Assembly (NCBI GenBank): GCA_050613775.1
Contig: JBODTK010000141.1
Coordinates: forward strand, 62,001 to 126,000
Origin: Neocallimastix sp. 'constans'
Lineage: Eukaryota
Direction of reading: 5' to 3'
Length of the DNA stretch: 64,000 nt
The notes below the pieces were generated by a model. The model was given only the letters and a program-made list of their open reading frames with translations, searched no databases and had not been told where the DNA came from. Within the stretch, counting starts at the first letter, position 1; every line of letters begins with the position of its first letter. Below are positions 54,379 through 64,000 of this stretch, one piece after another. The translations under genes were made by a program, and so were the position numbers.

Positions 54379-55752
54379 TTATTTTCTGAATTTCTTAAAG
54401 ATTGGATTTTGCTTCTTTTGTTTAACAGCAGATTTATTATACTCAATGTAGGCCATATTATCTCCACCAGAATGCGATTTTAATGTGGTAGTTCGAGTAG
54501 CAAAACCAAACTTACTAAACAGTCTACCTCTATGATTGACAGCAACATCATCTGTTTGACCTAAACCTTCTTCTTCTTCATCCTTTTCTGTTGCATTCAA
54601 AGTACTATTTAATAATTCAAGTTGTTCTTTACGAGTACTGAAGACTAAATCTTTCATTTTTTCAATACCTTCCAAATGAGTAATTACCTTTATATTATTT
54701 TTATTATTTTTTTTATATATATATTTAATAATTTTATATATATCAATATAAAATAAGTATATATTTAATTTATTAAAAAATATTATATAATATACAATAC
54801 ATTAGTTTTTATTTTATATTATTTATTATTATTATTATTATTATTATCATCTTTATTATTACCTTAAATGAATAACCTTGATCAATTAAGAACTGTTGTC
54901 TCTTTGTAGAATAAAGCATTTCTTCAGTATCACGTGAAACTAAAGAGTAGAAGAAGGCATTGAAACCTTCATCATTTCTTCTTTTTGCACGTAAAATACG
55001 ACCAAGACGTTGCGCTTCCTGTCTACGAGAACCATAATGAGATGAAATTTGAATTAAACAAGTTGCTTCTGGTAAATCTAAAGAAGTATCTCCGACTTTA
55101 GATAAGAAAAGGGTATTAACATTTGGATTATTTTGGAATTGTTGTAAAATACGTAATCTTTCCGTTTGACTTGTTGGGCCATAAATATATGGTTTTTTAA
55201 GTTTAATTGCATATTTCTTTTTTTTTTTTTTTATATAAATATAAATATTAAAATAAAAATAAATATAAATATAAATATAAATATAAATATAAATATAAAT
55301 ATAAATATAAATATAAATATAAATATAAATATAAATATAAATATAAATATAAATATAAATATAAATATAAATATAAATATAAATATAAATATAAATATAA
55401 ATATGAATATAAATATAAATATAAATAAATTTAAATTTAAATACAAATATGAATTTTAAAATTTATTATTTTTTAATTTTTATTTATTTATTACAGATAT
55501 ATTTATACATATATATAATTTAATATTTACCCTGAGTGCAAATACATTATCAGAAAAAACAATAATTTTATCTCCTCTAGATTCATGATAATTAATTAAA
55601 TATTGACACACCTGGAATTTAATTGGATTCATGGCATATAATAATCTTCTCATACGTGAATTTCTTTTTAAATATTCTCTATAAAATTCAGGTGTTACAT
55701 TACACCATACTTCAGCACACTAAAATATTATTAAATGTATAATGTTGGTGAA

Positions 55753-55832
<80 letters not shown>

Positions 55833-56822
55833 TACTCTATTTTTATTTATTTATTTATTTATTATTAATTATTTTATCATGATTATTATAAATGTAACCT
55901 ACTTGGACATTAGCAATATGACCTTTTCTAGCTAAATCCATCCAATTAGCTTCATATAATTTTGGTCCAATTAAAAAGTTTAAATCATCAATTTTATCAT
56001 CTTCTCTAACCAATGTTGCAGTTAAACCCATCTTTGTATGTGCTGCTACTGTAGTCAAAACTTTACGGAATACATTAGCTGGTACAACGTGGACTTCATC
56101 TAATAAAAGGAAACCCCATTCTTGTGACTGAATAAACTCCATCATTTTATTGGTATCATACGCACGTTTACCAGTATGTGTAACCATAGTATAAGTTGAA
56201 ATAACAATACCTGAATCACCCATAAACTTTTCTTTAGTTTCTGAAGTAAATTTGGCAATTTGATTATCTTTAATACTTGACCATTGTTTAAATTCTCTTG
56301 CCCATTGTTCCACTGACACACTTTTTTTTTTTTTTTTTTTGTTTTTTGTTTTGTTTTGTTTTGTTTTATTTTATTTTGTTTTATTTTTAATTATTATTAA
56401 TAAAATTAATTACAATAATAAATTATATAATAATATAAATATTATTTATTAAAACAGTAATGTATATATAAAAAAATATAAATATTAATATATGAATACT
56501 ATTATGATTGTAATTTGGGTCATCCATTAATATACATACGCTGAAGTACATAACACTAAAGTACTTTTTTTAATAGTACATGCAGCTGTAATACCGACTA
56601 ATGTTTTTCCTGCACCGCATGGCAATACAATAATACCTGACCTTGCTCTACCATTACCAAACATTTTACTTAAACATTTTTCTTGATATGGACGAATCAT
56701 AGTGGTAGGTTTTAAATCAATTTCAAGATTAGTATTCAGTGTATCGTTTTTGAAATCATATTCTTCAAGCATAGGGTAATCAATTTCACAACATCTTTTC
56801 TTTACTTCCTATATAATTAATT

Positions 56823-56863
<41 letters not shown>

Positions 56864-58649
56864 TGGTTTTGTTTGATTGTTTATTTATTTTGTTAATATA
56901 ATTATAAAACAAAAGCTTTTTATATAAATCTATTAAAATATCTTTATTTTAAAGATGTATTTTACTTCAACATATGATGGATTTATCTCAAATGAATGTA
57001 CTACTTCATCCCTTATTAATTCTTCATCTTCATCCTCTATTTTCATTTTATTATTATTTAAAATTTAAAGAAATTTTTAATGTAAATAAATAAATAAATA
57101 AATATATTTATTTCTTATTATTGCTATTACTATTATTATTATTATTATTATTATCACATTATTATTATTATTGTTATTGTTATTATTATTATTATTATTA
57201 TTATTACCTTTTTCTAAACTAATAACAGCACCAAATTGATCATCTTCTTTCTTTTTTTCATCAATCTTTTCTTGTTCTTGATCTGGTTTATTTTCAGGTT
57301 TTTTATCTAATCCTGCTATTTGAATATCTTTTGGATTTGGCGCCTTTTCTGTCATCAATTCATTTTTATCTGTCGTTTGTATCACTTTAGCACTTAAAAT
57401 TACTGGATCTTTTAATAATTTTTGTAGAATATCTGGGTATATTGATTCAACAAAGTATCTGTTATGTTTTAAAACTAGCTTAACTTTGCCGTATGATAAA
57501 GTACAATCTCTAATGAAATTTTTAATGGCATCTGATACTGGTATCTTTTATAAATATATATATGTAATTTTAAATATTTATTATTATTATTTTTTAACAT
57601 TAAATAAATAAATAAATAAATATTTAAGATATTTATTTATTAATTTAATATTTTATTTTTATTTTAATTAGAGTAATTGATAATAATATTAAAGATAAAT
57701 TGCTACTATATTATATTATATATTCTATTATAACATTAAATCTTAATATACCTTTGATAATCTATTTAATACATCTATAATATCTTCAGTTTCTAAACCT
57801 ACTGATACAGCTGCATATAGTGAATAAGGTGTTAATTTATATTCATGTATATGAGCTGGTCTATTAATGATAATAATATAAAGAATATATAGAAAAAATT
57901 ATAATAATAATTATTAAAATTTCATATAATAATTTTAATTTTATATGAATAATGGAATTATGGAATTAAAATTAATTTCAAAATTCAATTTAAATTTTAC
58001 CTTGTTATTGGTTCACTAATTGCAACAAGAAAATCTTGGGCTTGTTCAGCGATTGGTGAAAAAGCTTCTAATATAATTCTTCCATCATCACATACCCATA
58101 ATGGTCTTGAACGATGATCCGGTTTTAATGGCATTGAAGTATAATTTTTGCTACTGCTAGAAGATTCTATTCCATCTTGTCCACTATCCTGCGTATTAAC
58201 TAATTCTAATTTTGCCTTTTTTGGTACTTAATGTGTAATATTTAATAAAATAAAATTTAAAATTTAATCTAGTTGAATTAAATGAAATTTCATTATTAAA
58301 TTTATTTATCAAAATTATATATATATATATATATAATTACAATAGAGATCCATGTTATCAGCAGAACCTAATAGTTGTTGAATATATGAATATTTATTTT
58401 TATAAATAATTTAAAAAAATGATGAACAAAACAATATTAAATATGAAAAGAATATAATTAAGAAATAAAGAAAATAACTTTTAGAGGTTAAAATTTTAAT
58501 AACATTAAATAATTAAATAATAAAATAAAATAAAATAAAATAAAATATATATTTTATTAAAATTCAATATCGAATAAAATATTAAAGGTAAATTATTTCA
58601 ATTAACCTTCTCTTGATCTTTTTTCCCCATAAGGATTAGGTAAGGACAT
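54379..58649 (-). CDS. SSL2: TFIIH helicase XPB (Ssl2/Rad25/ERCC3); 11 exons
   Basis: Minus-strand exons 58649-58607, 58367-58341, 58226-58001, 57860-57752, 57544-57208, 57036-56966, 56808-56540, 56320-55903, 55719-55531, 55216-54863, 54687-54379. Motifs [68 protein letters not shown]. Confidence 0.97.
55260..55425. repeat. Intronic (ATAAAT)n microsatellite
   Basis: Near-perfect hexamer array in an SSL2 intron, the source of the (NI)n and (FI)n ORFs. Confidence 0.95.
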
Positions 58650-59728
58650 TTTCTTTTATTATTAATATATATATTATATATATTTTTATAAAACAAAAAA
58701 TATATTAATATCAAATGAATAATTATAACAGTTCCAATAATTACAAGAAGAATTTAAATATTATTTTTTATTAAATAAAAAAAATGTATTCATAAAAATA
58801 TTCAGTTTTTTAAAGTTTTGTTAATCAATTATTATAAATGAAATTTTATTAATTATTAATTTATTAAATTTTATTTTTATTAATTTTTTATAATTTTTAA
58901 TAATAATTTACTAATTTTATTAAATATTATTAAATTTTATTAAATTTCATTAATTTTTTTACTGATTTTTATTAGTTCTTCTTCTTCTTATTATTATTAT
59001 TATTATTTTACATTTTTTATTCAATCCATTATCCATTATTTTCATTCAATTATTTAAATAATCCTTAAAATATACTTTATTATATACAATTTTTTATTTT
59101 ATTTTTTTTTTTTTTTAATTTTTTGTTTTTTTTAATATTTATTTTTCCATATTTAATATATTATTTCTTTATTAATATATTTAATATTTAAATTAAATAA
59201 TACAACATTTAAATATAAAATATATTAAAAAAAAATATTTCTACTATACTTTTACCAATATTAACAAAATAAAAAAACTATAATTAATAATATGATAATC
59301 CAAATAAAATCCACTTTTTCTAAAATATTTTTAAATTTTTTAAATAAGGAAAGATGAAATTTACAGTGACCTGAATTCTCAGTATTTATAGTAAAAATAT
59401 ACATTTATATTATGATAGCCAATCATTTAGCAATAACAATTTAAAATTTTTTGTATAAGTTATTATTATTATTAATACAATCATTTTGATTATTTTTCTT
59501 ATTCTTATTCTTATTGTTAGAATATGTGGAATATATAAAATAAGTGTCAAATGTATTTATAATGTATGGACACGTATTGTATTAAATAAAATGTAAAAGC
59601 CACATATTATTCATTTAAATACATGTAAACTCATAGAATTATACTTTAATTATTGAGTAATTCTTGAGTATAAAGCATATTAATAAAGTTGACATAATTA
59701 TTAGCCACTAATTCCAGACTTTTAACAC

Positions 59729-59774
<46 letters not shown>

Positions 59775-59997
59775 GATTTAAGTTTACTTTAATAATAAAT
59801 TAAACTAAATAAATATAAATGTAATATAAAATAGTTTAATTTAATATAACATTAAGTATTAAGTTAAGAATCAAGCCACAAATGATATAAATACATACAT
59901 GTAAAATAAGAGTTAAACATTGTTAATTACCTATTTATAAAATCTTTTAAATATAAAAAAAAAATAAATAATTAAATAATAAAACAAACTTCTATTA

Positions 59998-60105
<108 letters not shown>

Positions 60106-61316
60106 ATTATCATTATCATTATCATTATTATTATAATCAATTTAAAAAAGTTATCATCAATTTTAATACATATATTTTTTTTAAACTTTTGTGTATATAT
60201 CAACATATATATATGACTCCCTTCTTTTATACAAACCATACATATATATTAATATATACTAAGCACAACCCATAGCGATGTAATATTAAATATATATATG
60301 GGTCACCACAAGCATATATAATGCATTACACAACCACAATAGTTGATGTTCCTCTCAATTAACTAGATTTGTAAGTACATGTATTATACTATTCTTTGCT
60401 CATCCAGAACCTCAACACAAGGCCTGAGAAGAGTAAATAATATATTTTTATAAATATTTAATTTAACACTTTTTAATATATATTCGCATTATTTTAATTA
60501 TTCATTTTTTTTCTATTTTTTTTATTAGTTTATTTTTTTCTTTCTTTCTTTCTATTATCTACTGTTTATAAAAATATCGAAAAAAAGTTTATATTACATA
60601 GGAAGAAAAGAAAAATAAATAAATTTATTTACAATGCATTATATATATAACTTTTTTAAACCAATATACTTATTTGTGTATTTATATATTCATTTATTAT
60701 ATACTCAATATATATTAATCAATAATATATATACTTTCAAATATTATTCTAAATTTATGTTTTTTATTATTATTATTATTTTATTTCTTTTTTTTTTTTT
60801 TTTTTTAATATTTTAAATCTTTTTTTTTTTTAATAAATAAATTTGATACTTTTATATATATATAATTAATATTTGTTATTTCATTTTGAATCGACTTTAA
60901 TATGTAATTTTTATGTAAAATTTAAAATTATAATATGGTATCAAAAAATAAAAAATAAAAAATAAATATATATATATATATATTCAAAAGGGTATAAAAT
61001 CATATTATATTTGATATAATAATAATTAATTATTTGAAAATATTCAAAAAAAAAAAAGTAATAATAATAACAAAATAAAGTAAAATAAAATAAAATTATT
61101 GATATATTATAATATTTTTTAATATTAATTAATCTTTTTATATTGTATATTTTAATTATTTTGATAATTTATATATATTGTTGTATAATTTAAAATTTGA
61201 AATTATCTACTTTGAACTAATAATTGAATTTTTATGTTTATACATTCATAAATATTGCATTATTGTTTCTATTTTGTAATATATTTCAAAAATATAAATT
61301 GAAATTTTAAAACTTT

Positions 61317-63588
61317 TTATGTAGAAAATTCGAACCCCCAAACCTCAATATTTATGCATTGAAATTTACCATTCGGTGTTAATGGTGGATTTTTATAGGT
61401 TGGACAGTATGTAGTATATCCATTTAATAAATCACTAGAAATATATAATCCAAATTCACCATTTCTATTTATATATAATTATTATAATAAAAATAAGATA
61501 TAAAAAAAAAATTAATTTTTAAATTATAATTAAAGTATTATGATTTTCATTATATGCCAATATAATAATTATAAATATTATCAAATTCTTTTCTCATATT
61601 TCTTTTTATTTTTTATAATACGTACCCTCCACCAAATGCTATAAAAGATTTTTCTGTTACTATATTATATTGATTTTCAACAGATCCTCTATAATATTCA
61701 ATTTCCTTTTTTTCATTATTTAATTTCCAAAGAAAGCATTCACCTGAACCATAAAACCTTTCACTAACATGTATTATTTCTGATAAATAAGCGCCATAAA
61801 TCTAAAAGGATAAATAAATATATATATTTCAATTATTAATTATATTAAAATATATATTTTATAATGTTTATGAAAAAAAAAAAAAAGTATTAAAAATTTA
61901 TAATAAAATAAAGTAAAATAGAAAGTATTGATACTATTAATATTATTAACTTACTCCTCCTTCATTATCTAATATACCTAATATCATGGAACCATTTAAA
62001 TGAGTTTCCTGACATTTTAATAACAAAGTATTTATACTTGATCCATGATCTATTACACTAAATACTAATTCCCATTTATGGCATTCTCTATAATATGGAG
62101 GTAATATTTTTCTTAACTATTTTGAATATGATAAATATATAATTTTAATACACATTTATATATATAATGATGACATGGATGAATATTTAATTATATTTTA
62201 TTATTAAATAATATTATAATTTATAAAAAGTTTACTTTTTCAGCTAAGAACAAACTGATAACATTGTTTTCAAAAGATTTTCTTCCAATTAACTCAATAT
62301 TAGGTTGAGTGAGAACAGCAGTTATATCATGACCAGTTTCTAAAATAACACTTTTTCTTCTATTTCTACTGTTTTTTCTATCTTTAGCTTTACTATTTAA
62401 AAATTTGTCAATATCAATTTCTTGAATAATATCTTCTTCTAGAATTGGAGTGTTTATTCCTATATTTAAAATATCATTAATGTCACAACTTGTTTCATGT
62501 GAAATTGGAGAATGTATATAATTTTCACCTTCATTATTATTTTCATTATTATATAATAATGATGATGAGGATTCTTTTTCATTTGAAATTGATTTTAAAT
62601 GTGCATATAGACCATCAATGTTGCTAGTAGAAAAATTATCATTTACAGAATTATTACTTGTACCATTTTCTGTAATCGAAACCTGCGTTGACGAGAAACA
62701 TGAATTATTTCTACTTCTAGTTTTAAATAAAAATTGGAATAGACTACTTCTTCGACGTTGAAGTACTGGTTCATTTGAATCATTTGACAATGAAGATTCT
62801 GATTTTTGTTTAATTTTATTATATCCTTCCAAATTACATAAGTCATCTCTTAAATTATTTTGACTAGTATTTGTACTACTATTATTATTATCATGAATCT
62901 TTCTCAATATATCTTCACTAGAGGTTTTCTCTTCACATGTTATCTCTCCTGTTGTACAAATCCCATTAGTATTTGCTAATGGTACTGGATTGAATGATAT
63001 TCCTTCATTTACATCATAATTTTTATTTGATATAGATTCATTATTTTTATTAACCGAACTTAATGATTTACTTTTTGTTTCTATACTGTTATTTTCCAAA
63101 CTATTACTTTCCAAATTATCACTTCTGTTATTACAAATCTCAAGTTTTGAAGTAAACGATATATAACAATTTCTCATTTCATTTATTATTGATTCATGTT
63201 CAATTATTGATAAATCTTCGTATGAATCTTTTATTACACTTAATGCTTTATCTATTTTCTTTGGAAGTTGTTCATTAAATGCTAATGTTTCTCTTGGATT
63301 ACTACTTGATATTGAAAAGTTTCTTTTTTTCAACTCAAAATTAAAAAAAATACTATCATCATCATCGTCATCATTATATTTTTTTATATAATTATTTTTA
63401 TATTCATTTTCTTTGATTTTAAAAATATTTAAAATTTCATCATCTTTGTAATTATGATGGCCTAGAATTTTATTAGGTGCTGTTCTCGGTATTGAACTTA
63501 AACCTGATGATAATGAATGACTCCTTGATAGTTTTCTATTTCTATTGTAATAATTAACTTCATCACTTATTACTTCATTATTATCCAT
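61317..63588 (-). CDS. TLDc-domain (OXR1-like) protein with a long disordered N-terminus; 4 exons
   Basis: Exons 63588-62236, 62116-61955, 61801-61626, 61464-61317. The C-terminus has LPPYYRECHKWELVFSVIDHGSSINTL, IYGAYLSE, FYGSGECFLWK, IAFGGGNGEFGLYISSDLLNG, CPTYKNPPL and IEVWG, typical of TLDc domains. Confidence 0.9.
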
Positions 63589-64000
63589 TTTATATATTTA
63601 TTAACATTTATTTTTATCTTTAACAAAATAAATAAATAAATAAATAAATAATTTTAAAAAAAAAAAATTAAAAAAAAATTATAAAAAAATATTTAGGTAC
63701 ATGGAATTAAATATTTAAAATTTTTTATTTTTCTATAAATTAATTATATGAATTTAAGATTCACAAATGAACAAAGAATTTATTTTTACCTATAAAATTT
63801 TCCATGATACATTTATATAATATATTGACTTCTTATCTTCTAATTGTAATTTAATAAATATAAAAACTCTAATTTGAACATTATTATTATCATTTTTATA
63901 TAGTTAAATTTCTTTTATTTTTAAAAATAGTAATTATTCATATTAATTTAAATTTAACTGATATTATTCAAATTTTAAAAAAAATATATATATATTACTA

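Noticed and set aside
60230..60245. snR30/U17 m2 motif AAACCAT
   Set aside because: There is no m1 (ATATTCCTA) upstream and the spacing to an ACA box is wrong.

Overview
Extremely AT-rich eukaryotic DNA with short GT-AG introns and Asn/Lys-rich proteins. The gene content and composition most resemble an anaerobic gut fungus (Neocallimastigomycota); this is an inference. I reconstructed eight host genes by hand: a secreted 8-Cys GPI-anchor-type protein, PFS2/WDR33, an ankyrin-repeat protein with a late frameshift, a low-complexity coiled-coil protein, a type I membrane protein, a retropepsin-like protein lacking the catalytic Asp, SSL2/XPB and a TLDc/OXR1-like protein. The main accessory feature is a nest of related non-LTR (LINE) retrotransposons at about 3.9-17.3 kb. 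It includes an intact single-ORF element (RRM-like domain, Ser linker, APE, RT, Cys/His finger) inserted with a 13-bp TSD into the RT of an older relative, and a TSD-flanked copy lacking EN and RT. A further LINE-into-LINE insertion lies at 51.2 kb. Other notable items are a bipartite nucleotide motif conserved in six LINE copies, a 174-bp solo LTR whose empty site is present in the window, an unexplained structured 408-nt island with retroposition hallmarks, and unusual A-rich AAG splice acceptors. Everything was read by eye and no database searches were run.
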